From NCBI GenBank assembly GCA_041652815.1, contig JBAZGN010000001.1, forward strand, positions 253,855-317,854: a stretch of DNA of 64,000 nucleotides, written 5' to 3'. The position numbers and the translations under genes are program-made. Source of the DNA: Candidatus Omnitrophota bacterium (GTDB lineage: Bacteria; Omnitrophota; Gorgyraeia; Duberdicusellales; 4484-171). The notes beneath the pieces are model-generated. The model worked only from the letters and a program-made list of their open reading frames with translations. It had not been told where the DNA came from and ran no database searches. Positions 19,321 to 28,798 of the stretch are shown here, piece by piece. Each line of letters opens with the position of its first letter. Within the stretch, counting starts at the first letter, position 1.

Positions 19321-21537
19321 TTAGTCCATATTCCACCATTTATAAGGTATTTTTTCTTTTAATATTTTGTCACTTTCACCTACCGGCCGTAAACCTAGCA
19401 TACGCATATCTGCATCAACCATTATTTTTATTAGATCTAAAAATTTGATTTTGGGTTGCCAACCAAAACATTTCTTGGCCTTGTTGCCGTCGGCAATCAA
19501 ATTATTTACTTCTGTGGGCCGGAAATAGCGTTTATCTATTTTCACATATTTTTTATAACATAATCCTGCGTATTTGAAGGCGGCTTTGACAAACTCTTCG
19601 ACAGAATGCGAATGTCCTGTGCCCACAACAAAATCCTGCGGTTTATTCTGTTGTAAAATTTTCCACATGAGCTCAACGTATTCAGGAGCATAACCCCAGT
19701 CCCGTTTTGCGCTAAGATTACCTAAATAAAGCTTATCCTGCTCGCCTGCTATTATCCGTGCAATCGCTCTTGTCACTTTTCTGGTTACAAAAGTTTCTCC
19801 GCGTCTGGGGGAGTTATGCACATGACATTTACCAACTCCGCAATGGAATTCCCCAGACGTTGTTTCTAAATCATAGAACCATCCATCATACTTGGGAAGA
19901 TCTATTATTTTTTTAACCCCTAAGGGATCTTCTTTAAAATGATGTACGGCGCATGAACATCCTCCATGTTGAATTTTTCTTACGAAGCCTCTTGAAATTT
20001 GAGTTCTCCTCGAAATTTCGCGCTGAGATAAATTTTCGAACATTAATTGTCTAACTTCTACTTCTTTTAATGAATTATCTACAGTCGAGAGAATATTAAG
20101 AGAGTAAAATAATCTGCCATCATTTTTCATTTCCAAAGTAAGATTGATATCTTGCCTTGTTGTCTTATCGATTAGATACCACAATCCCATAGCCAGAGTC
20201 GGTGAATTTGTTTTGAAATTTCTAAAATCATAGGTGCAAGGATTACTTTTTAATCCATCCGTTATATTATAACCTCTCAAGAACGCCAACATAATCTCAG
20301 GTGTTGAATTCAGAATGACTTTTGGAATACGCTTTGTTCTGTCATTGTTATATATATCTATCTTTCTAAGCCAGTCATTCCCACCGGCCAGTATCAATTG
20401 ACCTACGATTCTTTCTGGATTAAATCCAGATCTATTTGGATAATATACTGTATGACCTCCTGTAATTTTTTTCCATAGCGAATTAAACCTTTCTCTAACC
20501 TCGTCTGAGGAATTAGTAAATTTTCCGTGTACTCCTGTGCCCTTTTCAGAATATGTTATAGATCCGTCTCCTACCATCATCCCCATCAATTCCGCTTCTT
20601 CTTTAGAGGTTAAATATCCCGACAGTCCCGCTGATTTCGGTAGTTCTATGTTTTCTACACGATCTTCGAGATTAATATTTTTGACTTCTTTTCCTAAATT
20701 ATTATCCATAAAAACCACATGTTCAGCTGTGGCCATAAACGCGCCGGTTCTTGAATTTATAAATCTTGGATGTTTATTATCATTTTCAATATCGTGAGGA
20801 TAAGCTGAGGCAAATGTAACATCAACCCAACCAGTTTTGCCCCATACTTGCATTCCTGATACAATTTTTGATTGATACTGCTTCTTGGTTTCATCAAATT
20901 TTACAATTTCACATATAGGTTTTATATCAAATTCCTCTTCGTTGTTTTTCTTGCAAAACATGGGCATAAAAGATGCTACTGTTTCATGATTAAACAATAT
21001 CCCGTTTGCGGCAAAAATGCCGTAACTTTTTCTGTAATCTACCGTCATCCAATAAGCATAGAGTTTAGAAATTGCGTAAGGGCTGCTTGGCGCAAAATAA
21101 GTATTTTCGTTCTGCGGAGTCCGTGTTGTGCCGAACATTTCGCTACTGGAAGCCTGGTAAAATTTTATTTTCTTCCGGCTTATTCTTATTGCTTCCAAAA
21201 TCCTTGTTGTGCCTAAAGCAGTTATGTCGCCTGTGTATTCCGGCATATCAAAACTGACCCGGACATGGCTCTGTGCGCCTAAATGGTAAATTTCATCGGG
21301 GCAGATATTGGTAATAATATAGGAAATCTGTTCAAAGGTCGAAAGATCGCCATAATGAAGAAAAAACCTTATACCCTTGATGTGAGGGTCAACGTAGATA
21401 TGATTAATTCTTTCGGTATTAAAACTACTAGACCTTCTTATGAGGCCATGGACTTCATAGCCTTTATGTAATAGAAATTCAGCCAAATAACTACCGTCTT
21501 GTCCGGTTATGCCGGTAATTAGCGCTATTTTTCTCAT
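19321..21537 (-). CDS. gmd: GDP-mannose 4,6-dehydratase interrupted by an intein (738 aa precursor; exteins about 185 + 163 aa)
   Basis: N-terminal [23 protein letters not shown]...[11 protein letters not shown]...NGILFNHE and C-terminal [20 protein letters not shown]...LYLGNL..RDWG are contiguous in ordinary Gmd ([20 protein letters not shown]). Confidence 0.85.
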   Translation of the reverse strand: MRKIALITGITGQDGSYLAEFLLHKGYEVHGLIRRSSSFNTERINHIYVDPHIKGIRFFLHYGDLSTFEQISYIITNICPDEIYHLGAQSHVRVSFDMPEYTGDITALGTTRILEAIRISRKKIKFYQASSSEMFGTTRTPQNENTYFAPSSPYAISKLYAYWMTVDYRKSYGIFAANGILFNHETVASFMPMFCKKNNEEEFDIKPICEIVKFDETKKQYQSKIVSGMQVWGKTGWVDVTFASAYPHDIENDNKHPRFINSRTGAFMATAEHVVFMDNNLGKEVKNINLEDRVENIELPKSAGLSGYLTSKEEAELMGMMVGDGSITYSEKGTGVHGKFTNSSDEVRERFNSLWKKITGGHTVYYPNRSGFNPERIVGQLILAGGNDWLRKIDIYNNDRTKRIPKVILNSTPEIMLAFLRGYNITDGLKSNPCTYDFRNFKTNSPTLAMGLWYLIDKTTRQDINLTLEMKNDGRLFYSLNILSTVDNSLKEVEVRQLMFENLSQREISRRTQISRGFVRKIQHGGCSCAVHHFKEDPLGVKKIIDLPKYDGWFYDLETTSGEFHCGVGKCHVHNSPRRGETFVTRKVTRAIARIIAGEQDKLYLGNLSAKRDWGYAPEYVELMWKILQQNKPQDFVVGTGHSHSVEEFVKAAFKYAGLCYKKYVKIDKRYFRPTEVNNLIADGNKAKKCFGWQPKIKFLDLIKIMVDADMRMLGLRPVGESDKILKEKIPYKWWNMD
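19813..20982 (-). mobile_element. Intein (~390 aa) with LAGLIDADG homing-endonuclease domain, inserted in gmd between NHE and SPRRGE
   Basis: C-terminal block [23 protein letters not shown] followed by +1 Ser. Block B TAEHVVF (TxxH). LAGLIDADG motifs [12 protein letters not shown] and [14 protein letters not shown]. The N-terminal boundary is ambiguous: the first residue after NHE is Thr, and the first Cys-led block-A-like segment CEIVKFDET is 23 aa further in. Confidence 0.8.
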
Positions 21538-22523
21538 CTGCTCTCCTTTATTTTTTGATTTTTTTCTACTTGTTCTTTAACCCAAGGATAAGTAATCTTT
21601 ATCCCATCTTTTAAAGAAAATTTTGCGCGCCAGCCGGTTGAATATATTTTTTTGTTACTGAAATTTCGCGATTGGACACCAACCGGGCCCTCTACCCATT
21701 TTATATTCAACTTTTTTCCTGCAACTTCGGTAGCGGTATCAACTAATTCCCTTACGGATACGTATTCTGGTGAACCTATATTTACCGGGCCCTCTAAATC
21801 TGATTGCATTAACTTTCGTATGCCTTCGACCATATCATCAACATAAGTATAAGACCTTATAGCCTCACCGTTACCCCATACCTCTATGACTCCGCCATTA
21901 CTAGCTTCTGCTACTTTACGGCAAATTGCTGCGGGGGCCTTTTCTCTTCCGCCACGCCAGGTTCCTTCCGGACCGTAGCAGTTTTGAAATCTTGCGATAC
22001 GCACAGTTATATTGTTGTGCCGTGAGCAGGCAAGTGCAGTGCGTTCGGCATATAACTTTTCCCAACCATACTCATTATGCGGATTTGCCGGGTAAGCATC
22101 CTCTTCGCTAAGTTCCGCTTCCCCGGGCTTCATATCACGGTATATGCAAACTGATGATGAAAAGAAATATCTTTTTACCTTTTTCGCTGTCGCCGCACTA
22201 ATCATATTTATATTTATCAATGCGCTATTGTGCATAATTTCACATTCAGCTGAGTGGATAAAACCCATTCCGCCCATATCTGCTGCGAGCTGATAAATTT
22301 CATCGAATCCATTCGCGCCAAGAGTAACTGCCTTTGCAGTGTTTACGGCATCTCGCAAATCCAAGAGTAGAAATTCATCAGCTGCGGTTTTGGAAAACTC
22401 AGGATATTTTATATCTACGCCTCTGACCCAATACCCTTCTTCTTTTAATCTCTTCACAAGATGACTGCCTATAAACCCGCCTGCTCCGCATACTACAGCT
22501 TTTTTAATTTGGCGTGAAACCAT
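21534..22523 (-). CDS. GDP-mannose 3,5-epimerase-like NAD-dependent epimerase (GME family)
   Basis: [14 protein letters not shown]; [11 protein letters not shown]; [20 protein letters not shown] closely parallel plant/bacterial GME motifs ([28 protein letters not shown]). Confidence 0.6.
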   Translation of the reverse strand: MVSRQIKKAVVCGAGGFIGSHLVKRLKEEGYWVRGVDIKYPEFSKTAADEFLLLDLRDAVNTAKAVTLGANGFDEIYQLAADMGGMGFIHSAECEIMHNSALININMISAATAKKVKRYFFSSSVCIYRDMKPGEAELSEEDAYPANPHNEYGWEKLYAERTALACSRHNNITVRIARFQNCYGPEGTWRGGREKAPAAICRKVAEASNGGVIEVWGNGEAIRSYTYVDDMVEGIRKLMQSDLEGPVNIGSPEYVSVRELVDTATEVAGKKLNIKWVEGPVGVQSRNFSNKKIYSTGWRAKFSLKDGIKITYPWVKEQVEKNQKIKESR

Positions 22524-22729
22524 AACTCTCCTTTTTATGGCGTTTTACACTGTTCTCTGGAAAGAATTATATCATACTTTGTTGGAAAAATAATAAGAAA
22601 TTGTGGGAATTTAAAAAATTAGGGTGTTTCGAGGGAATAAATGTTGTGCAATTAAAGAGGCAAGTTACAGGAGGAAGGAATTTTGCTTTGCTTCTTTGTA
22701 ATTCTCTTAGCAGTATTCGAAACGCTAAG

Positions 22730-24325
22730 CTATTTTTCTCTGCTAGATGCTTTTTTAAGCTCTTCTAAAAATTTTTGGTTAATCGGTTGCCCCAGGGCTT
22801 GCGCTTTGTTTATATCTTCCCAAGCTTTGTCGTAATCTCTTTTGAGGCCATACGTCACAGCCCGATTGTAATAAACAGAAGCGTAATTTGGGTTTATGCG
22901 GATTGCATTGCTATAATCACCAATGGCATCATCATATTTTTCCTGTTTAGAATAAACAACTCCTCTATTCTGATACAGCTCTGCATTATTTAAATCGATT
23001 TGTATAGCCTCGGTGAAGTCTATTATGGCTTTGTCATAATAACCTTTGTCAGCATAAATATTGCCGCGGTTAATGTAAGCAGTGTGATGTTTAGGGTTAA
23101 TTTCTAATGCCTTTGTAAAATCTGAAACCGCTTCATCCAAATTACCTTTTTTGTTGTAGGCAACTGCCCGGTTATAATAAGCATTAGCATCATCAGGGCT
23201 AATCTTTATAACATTAGTAAAGTCAGATATGGCTTGGTCAAAATTATCTTTACCAAAATAAATACCCCCTCGGTTAGTATAAGCAAATGCATAGTTTGGA
23301 TTTAATCTTATGGCGCTGGCATAATCGGCTATGGCGTTGTCGAGGTCGCCTTTTTTGTTGTAGGCAACTGCCCGGTTGTAATACGCATCGGCATTTTTAG
23401 GGTTCATTTCGATTATGCTGGAGAAGTCGGCAAGGGCTTTTTCAAAATCATTTTTCGCCAGATAGGCGTTGGCTCGGTTATTGTATGCGCTGACATATTT
23501 GGAATCAAGCGATATTGCTTCGCTATAATCGGATATTGCTTGTTCAAGATTGCCTTTTTTGGCATAAGCCAGGCCGCTTATATTATATGCTGCCGCAATT
23601 TTTGGGTTGGTTTGTATGACTCTTTTGACATCAGAAATCGCTCGGTCTTCATCTCCCATCATAACACTTGCAAGCCCACGGTTAAGATAAGCTTCAACAT
23701 ATGAAGAATCAACAGCTATTGCTTTGTCGTAGTCAACAATTGCTTGCTTGAAATTACCGAGAGAAGCATAAGCAAGGCCTCTCATATAATAAGCTTCTTT
23801 GGATTTGGGATTGATTTCTATTGCTTTGGTATAATCTAAAATTGCGTCATTGAAGTTATTCCCAGCTGAATACACATATCCTCTGTATAGAAAAATTTCT
23901 GGAAGGCGGGAGTTTATTTTTGCGGCGTTTTTAAGTTCGGATAATGTCTGGTCAAAATATTTTATATTATAATACGCGATACCTCTTGCTAAATATTCTT
24001 CAGCAGTAACAAAATTAATAACCGCTTGCTGCTTATCGTCCTTTGGCTTAACTTCATGGCCATTTATGCTTTTAACTTCAAAAGCTCTATAGGCTATATG
24101 CGAACCTTTAATGCCAACCGCCACATATTCGTCATTTTGCGTAATTGTTTCCGCGCTTATTTTTTCTCCTGATTTCAAAATAAGGCTTTCGGCATAAGAA
24201 GAAAACAACGGGCATACAGCAATAATTAATAAGACTAAAAATCTTGATAACATTTTTAAGTTTGTAAAAACGGCCGAAAAATGAAGACGGGCAGCCGTTG
24301 ACGCCGAACTAACACTAAGCGTCAA
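22730..24325 (-). CDS. Tetratricopeptide-repeat protein with N-terminal signal/TM segment
   Basis: More than 10 tandem 34-aa TPR units (AYYNRG.AY...G.......A..DY..AI..NP). Confidence 0.8.
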   Translation of the reverse strand: MTLSVSSASTAARLHFSAVFTNLKMLSRFLVLLIIAVCPLFSSYAESLILKSGEKISAETITQNDEYVAVGIKGSHIAYRAFEVKSINGHEVKPKDDKQQAVINFVTAEEYLARGIAYYNIKYFDQTLSELKNAAKINSRLPEIFLYRGYVYSAGNNFNDAILDYTKAIEINPKSKEAYYMRGLAYASLGNFKQAIVDYDKAIAVDSSYVEAYLNRGLASVMMGDEDRAISDVKRVIQTNPKIAAAYNISGLAYAKKGNLEQAISDYSEAISLDSKYVSAYNNRANAYLAKNDFEKALADFSSIIEMNPKNADAYYNRAVAYNKKGDLDNAIADYASAIRLNPNYAFAYTNRGGIYFGKDNFDQAISDFTNVIKISPDDANAYYNRAVAYNKKGNLDEAVSDFTKALEINPKHHTAYINRGNIYADKGYYDKAIIDFTEAIQIDLNNAELYQNRGVVYSKQEKYDDAIGDYSNAIRINPNYASVYYNRAVTYGLKRDYDKAWEDINKAQALGQPINQKFLEELKKASSREK

Positions 24326-24447
24326 AGCGTGTATGCTTTGGCTCGGTCGAAGCCTCGCCCTTGGCGGGACTCGTGGATGCCTTTAAGGAAAAGACTTGGA
24401 TAAAATTGGCATAGAACCCCGCCTGCACGGTGTAGTTGCAAAAAAGC

Positions 24448-24490
24448 TGCAACAACTATTCCCGCAAGAATAGTTGTTGCGCATTTTATA
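24448..24490 (-). terminator. Rho-independent terminator downstream of the 24505..25137 gene
   Basis: Perfect 13-bp stem gcaacaactattc/gaatagttgttgc, followed on the minus strand by a T-run (agctttttt). Confidence 0.6.
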
Positions 24491-24504
24491 ATAGCTATAT
24501 TATC

Positions 24505-25137
24505 TTATTGACCATACAGCGCCTTTAGCTGCTCAACCGTGGGGCTACCGGAATAAAACTCACCCTGAGGGCCGAGATAACCATTGCTGTATTTAGTTAA
24601 TTGTACTGGGGTATACCCGCCTTTTGAGTTAGGTACGTTTATCGTTATTACTCCACTGGATTGTACCTGTGGTTCTATGTTTGTCGTAGGTGGAGCAGCC
24701 TGGACTACCACAGGAGAAGCAACTACAACAGGGGCAACTGTTGGGTCTGCCACAACTACATACCCTGAACGATAAGGCTTGTAGTAATACGCGCCGTCAT
24801 AATAATATGGGGTGCGGCCCACATATACGATTCTATAACTGGGGGGAAGCGTAGACAACGTGGCACCTATGACTAAACTTTGTATTAAGGCGTCTCCGAA
24901 CCACCAACTTCCACCGTACCAATGATAGCCGCGCGGGTGGTGATATCCCCAATTCCGCCAATTCCCCTGCTGGCCTCCATGCCACCCACCTCTTCCTTGC
25001 CCTCCACGGCCGCGGTGTTGCGAAAATACATTTGCCGATGGCAACATAAACATAAAACAAAGAATTATGATTAACCAAAACTTATTTTTGAAAATTTGTT
25101 TTTCCATTTTAGCTATGCCCCCTTTTTTTGTGGACAT
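24505..25137 (-). CDS. Secreted low-complexity Gly/Trp/Tyr/His-rich protein (hypothetical)
   Basis: Signal-peptide-like FWLIIILCFMFMLPSANVFS, then QHRGRGGQGRGGWHGGQQGNWRNWGYHHPRGYHWYGGSWWF. Confidence 0.45.
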   Translation of the reverse strand: MSTKKGGIAKMEKQIFKNKFWLIIILCFMFMLPSANVFSQHRGRGGQGRGGWHGGQQGNWRNWGYHHPRGYHWYGGSWWFGDALIQSLVIGATLSTLPPSYRIVYVGRTPYYYDGAYYYKPYRSGYVVVADPTVAPVVVASPVVVQAAPPTTNIEPQVQSSGVITINVPNSKGGYTPVQLTKYSNGYLGPQGEFYSGSPTVEQLKALYGQ

Positions 25138-25280
25138 TTCTATAATCTACTAACTGCCAAATCGTAGCATCCTCGTATATTAAATATCACCTCCTCTTTT
25201 GAAATTAATTATAACGCCGGATTAACGTTTGTAAATAACATTAAGATAGGGGGGGGTCTCTGTAGCTTATCCCCTTAAAT

Positions 25281-25311
25281 AAAAAACCCGCTCTTTCGAG
25301 TGGGATTTTTT
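25281..25311 (-). terminator. Intrinsic terminator (A-run/hairpin/T-run) downstream of the 25458..26897 gene
   Basis: aaaaaa cccgctc tttc gagtggg atttttt; seven-pair stem with one G-T pair. Confidence 0.55.
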
Positions 25312-25316
25312 CATTT

Positions 25317-25337
25317 AAACGGGGACGAAGGGATTTG
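25317..25337. repeat. 21-bp direct copy of the tRNA-Asp 3' end (att-like remnant)
   Basis: aaacggggacgaagggatttg is identical to 27207..27227 at the 3' end of tRNA-Asp. Confidence 0.7.
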
Positions 25338-25457
25338 TTTTTGAGTTTTCGTAATCCCCTTGCCACTATTGCCGATAGTACCACTCATTTGTTTTCTTGT
25401 GTAGTATTCTTAGAAACAAGGTCTAGTTTACCATTTCAAAATATCAGTTTTATATTA

Positions 25458-26897
25458 TTACTGTTTAGAGTGTGGGGTGCAACCAAATTTTACTGCTTTC
25501 ATGCGGCAATTCTGCGCTAAATCTGCACGCCCATAGTCGTTATATACATTAATCAATGAATCGTAGGTAGAACAATTGGAAGGCGCAATCTCGATGCTTT
25601 TTTCAAGTGTGGCAATAGCTTTTTCATAGTCATTCTTTATAAAATAAGCCCACCCTAAGGCTTCGTATGATTGTATACTATAAGGGTCGTATTCAATTGC
25701 TTTCTTAGATGCCCGAATGCTTTCGTCAAACATTTTCTTTTGGACATAAGTCCTGGCAAGCCCATCGTATATTTCTGCCTCTTCTGGAAAGATAGCAAGC
25801 GCTTTGTGGAATTCACTAATAGCCTCGTCGTATCTTTCCAACTTATGATAACACCTACCTAACCATTTATGTGCTTGTGCAAAATTTGGATCTAAGGCGA
25901 TGCTTTTTTGTAAAAAAGTTATTGCTAATTGATAGTTTCCACGAAAAAATTCTACGTCAGCTTTGTAGAATAAAGCATAGGCGTTATTTTGCTTTTCTTT
26001 AAATAAAACTAAGTTTATATTGGATTGCTTGCTTAAAGTATTTTTTATTTCATTAATAGGGGCAACCCAAGATACTTCGCTAACATCTTTTATTTTTGAT
26101 ATATTTACCCCAATAACATTGCCATACAAATCAAACATAGGCCCCCCGCTATTACCCGGCTGGATATTAACCGTAGTTTGTAGATATGCGTTACCATAAG
26201 ATTTTACTCGTTGTATAAATTTTCCTGCGACAAACTGGTATTTTTCGCCATCGGAAGTGCCAATAACTAAAACTTTTTGGTCTTTTTTAATGTTGTCTGA
26301 ATCGCCCAATCTTACAAAAGGCAAATTGTTTTCGTCTATTTTAAGCACACAAATATCGTTTTTAGGGTCGAAATTGCTGATAGTATTAACGTGATAAATT
26401 CCCCCGTTTTTTAGCTTAACCAGGAGTTCTTCTCTCCCGCATACAACATGATAACAAGTTACGATTAATCCATCTTTACTGATAATAAAACCTTCGCCAA
26501 GCCCAACGTTACCATCTGCGTCCTGCCCTGCGATGGAAACAACTGCTGATGCATATTTTTCAAAGATTTGTAAAGGATTTTCCTCTACCATAGAAAACGT
26601 ATTTCCGGAATTGTCTCCGGGGCTGAGCTGGGTATTTGCTAATTTTGTTATGCTGACCTTCTCCTTGTCAATACCTTCAATCTCATCGATATAATAGGTT
26701 ACAGATACACCATTAATGTCTACTTTTATACTTTTATCTGTCTTCTCAAGTATCTTCCCCTCGATAGTTTTACCTGATTTAAGAGTGATTGTTTCGGCAA
26801 AGATTGAGGAAAAAACAAATAAGAACATTAATGATAAAATAACGGTTATTTTCTTATTCATAAACAACCTCCTTTTTGAGTTTACCCTGTTTCCCAC
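25458..26897 (-). CDS. Trypsin-like (S1/HtrA-type) serine protease domain fused to C-terminal TPR repeats, secreted
   Basis: TCYHVV (His), DICVLKI (Asp), QPGNSGGPMF (Ser) catalytic motifs; C-terminal TPR units; N-terminal signal peptide. Confidence 0.7.
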   Translation of the reverse strand: MGNRVNSKRRLFMNKKITVILSLMFLFVFSSIFAETITLKSGKTIEGKILEKTDKSIKVDINGVSVTYYIDEIEGIDKEKVSITKLANTQLSPGDNSGNTFSMVEENPLQIFEKYASAVVSIAGQDADGNVGLGEGFIISKDGLIVTCYHVVCGREELLVKLKNGGIYHVNTISNFDPKNDICVLKIDENNLPFVRLGDSDNIKKDQKVLVIGTSDGEKYQFVAGKFIQRVKSYGNAYLQTTVNIQPGNSGGPMFDLYGNVIGVNISKIKDVSEVSWVAPINEIKNTLSKQSNINLVLFKEKQNNAYALFYKADVEFFRGNYQLAITFLQKSIALDPNFAQAHKWLGRCYHKLERYDEAISEFHKALAIFPEEAEIYDGLARTYVQKKMFDESIRASKKAIEYDPYSIQSYEALGWAYFIKNDYEKAIATLEKSIEIAPSNCSTYDSLINVYNDYGRADLAQNCRMKAVKFGCTPHSKQ

Positions 26898-27208
26898 ATT
26901 TAAAAATGGGAATAAAAACCTTTTTATATATTATCACGGAACACCTGGAAACAATATCTAAAATTATACGAGTAAATGTGTAGCGTTTTGGCTAACATTA
27001 ATAAAGCCTGTGAAAATAGGAAAAATAACAAGAAATAAAAACGCTTATTGGGTAAGTGTTTTATTGATCTTCAAGGAAGGGCATTTGAAGGTGAAACAAC
27101 TTGTTCCGATTCGGCAGAGCCTCATCGGAACCGTTTTTCTTTTTCTAGATGTTGCGACAAATCATCCCCAATTCTGGTTGGCTGATTTGTCGCATTAAGG
27201 AAGAAAAA

Positions 27209-27284
27209 CGGGGACGAAGGGATTTGAACCCTCGGTCACATGCGTGACAGGCATGGGTCTTAAACCAGGCTAGACGACGTCCCC
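27209..27284 (-). tRNA. tRNA-Asp (GTC)
   Basis: GGGGACG acceptor stem; anticodon loop CTGTCAC; T-loop TTCAAAT; folds as a cloverleaf by hand. Confidence 0.85.
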
Positions 27285-27472
27285 GATGAAAATGTATTTA
27301 TAAAGGGTTATTCCTTGATTTTCATCGGCACTGAGGCGAACCCGCCGAAGTGCCTTGCATTCGCACAGCGCATAGTACTTAACGGGTAGCGTATAGTTTA
27401 AGATATTTTATGGAAAAGTCAATTCGCTTTTCTTCTCTATACGTTCTACGCTATCCGCTAACCGCTATAAAA

Positions 27473-27550
27473 TGGTGGGCACTACAGGATTTGAACCTGT
27501 GATCCCTTCCATGTCAAGGAAGTGCTCTAGCCAGGCTGAGCCAAGTGCCC
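27473..27550 (-). tRNA. tRNA-Val (GAC), CCA encoded
   Basis: GGGCACT/AGTGCCC acceptor stem; anticodon loop TTGACAT; TTCAAAT T-loop. Confidence 0.85.
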
Positions 27551-27636
27551 GAAATTAGCTTATAGTTTCTTTACCTCTAAGAACAAAGTTCTTCGAAGCC
27601 CTACCAGCGTTTCACTCAGCGAAGGGCGAAGAAGAA

Positions 27637-27721
27637 TGCCGGAGGTGGGACTTGAACCCACACGTCCCTTACGGAACATCGGATTTTAAGTCCGAGCTGT
27701 CTGCGTTTCCAGCACTCCGGC
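27637..27721 (-). tRNA. tRNA-Leu (TAA) with long variable arm
   Basis: GCCGGAG/CTCCGGC acceptor stem; anticodon loop CTTAAAA; variable-arm hairpin GTTCC-GTAA-GGGAC; 85 nt. Confidence 0.8.
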
Positions 27722-28396
27722 ATCATGAATACTCATTAAGACCGTTTTACTTTTCTGCCAACCCATTCTAGAACAAATACATTCTTGAGCCAATTTATTT
27801 TTTCTCTCCAAACTGAAATTATTTTTATAATAACAGGATTTAAGCACTTCTCTGGCAGCCATTTTACCAAATTTTAAAACATAAATCGCATTTCTCTTAT
27901 CGTTGCGATGAATTTTACCATAAACTTCTAAATATTTTTGTATTTTTTTGTCAAGCCACTCTAAAAATTTTCTTGAACCGGAATAAATTCGCAAAGACCA
28001 TTGTTCGCTAAAATTGGTCGGGTGCTTCCAGCTACGAATGGAACCGTCCCCATCGATTAAGCCCCGTAAAAAATCTGGGAAAAATTCTCTAGCCACTTTT
28101 ACCGCACCTATTGTTAAAGACTTTTTAGGAGTAAGGCCGATTGCTAATAGAAATTCATAAAAATTCTTATTAGCAATCTGTACGTGAAAAGATTTTAGTT
28201 TGTCTTTACCATATTTAATGCCAATTTTATTCTTAATTCCGATTAAATTTATTACTCTTTGAAGAAATTCGTAATCACTGGAAGTTATGTCTATATGCCT
28301 TCCATCCGGCGATAAATTTCCATCGCTGGTAATCAATCCAACTAAATACCAAAGTTTTTTACCCTTTATATTTAGTTCTTTTCGCTTTTGCGGCAT
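27686..28396 (-). CDS. Free-standing LAGLIDADG homing endonuclease
   Basis: Two LAGLIDADG motifs: LVGLITSDGNLSPDG and FLRGLIDGDGSI. The start codon is 7 nt downstream of tRNA-Cys. The 3' end reads 36 nt into tRNA-Leu and stops at its TAA anticodon triplet. Confidence 0.75.
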   Translation of the reverse strand: MPQKRKELNIKGKKLWYLVGLITSDGNLSPDGRHIDITSSDYEFLQRVINLIGIKNKIGIKYGKDKLKSFHVQIANKNFYEFLLAIGLTPKKSLTIGAVKVAREFFPDFLRGLIDGDGSIRSWKHPTNFSEQWSLRIYSGSRKFLEWLDKKIQKYLEVYGKIHRNDKRNAIYVLKFGKMAAREVLKSCYYKNNFSLERKNKLAQECICSRMGWQKSKTVLMSIHDAGVLETQTART

Positions 28397-28403
28397 TATT
28401 ATT

Positions 28404-28478
28404 TGGAGGCGCGGGTCGGATTTGAACCGGCGAATAGCGGTTTTGCAGACCGCTGCCTTACCGCTTGGCTACCGCGCC
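28404..28478 (-). tRNA. tRNA-Cys (GCA), CCA encoded, U73 discriminator
   Basis: GGCGCGG/CCGCGCC acceptor stem; anticodon loop CTGCAAA; T-loop TTCAAAT. Confidence 0.8.
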
Positions 28479-28483
28479 AATAT

Positions 28484-28711
28484 TTATTCTTTTGCCTTTA
28501 CGCGAATTTTTCCTGCAGCAATTTCTCTAAGTGCAGTATCTAAAACCTTTTCCGTGGGTTTTTCTACTAAAGCTTTGTCTCCGTCGGCAAGCTGCAAAGC
28601 TCTTTTTGCTACAAGTATTGTTAGCTTGTAAATAGAACCCAGGCCTGCGCCGATAAGCTTTTCTAAATGGATATATCTTTCATTCATCTTTTCCCTCCTC
28701 AATGAGTGCAT
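28484..28711 (-). CDS. rpoZ: DNA-directed RNA polymerase subunit omega (true start probably the internal Met, MNERYIH...)
   Basis: LTILVAKRALQL...GKI motif; lies upstream of gmk as in many bacteria. Confidence 0.7.
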   Translation of the reverse strand: MHSLRREKMNERYIHLEKLIGAGLGSIYKLTILVAKRALQLADGDKALVEKPTEKVLDTALREIAAGKIRVKAKE

Positions 28712-28798
28712 TATTTTTCCAAGCCATAGTGGCGCAGGAAAAATGATAGCACGAATTGATACTGAGGACGCGATGGATAAGAGCGTCCGAAGTATCTT

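Noticed and set aside
24326-24447. GC-rich hairpin-containing 5' region of the TPR gene as a riboswitch
   Set aside because: No recognisable riboswitch consensus by eye. It may just be a structured 5' UTR, which is too weak to call.
27686-27721. Possibility that tRNA-Leu is a pseudogene because a CDS overlaps it
   Set aside because: The tRNA folds into a complete cloverleaf with a long variable arm. The overlap is more simply explained by the ORF lacking its own stop and terminating at the in-frame TAA anticodon.
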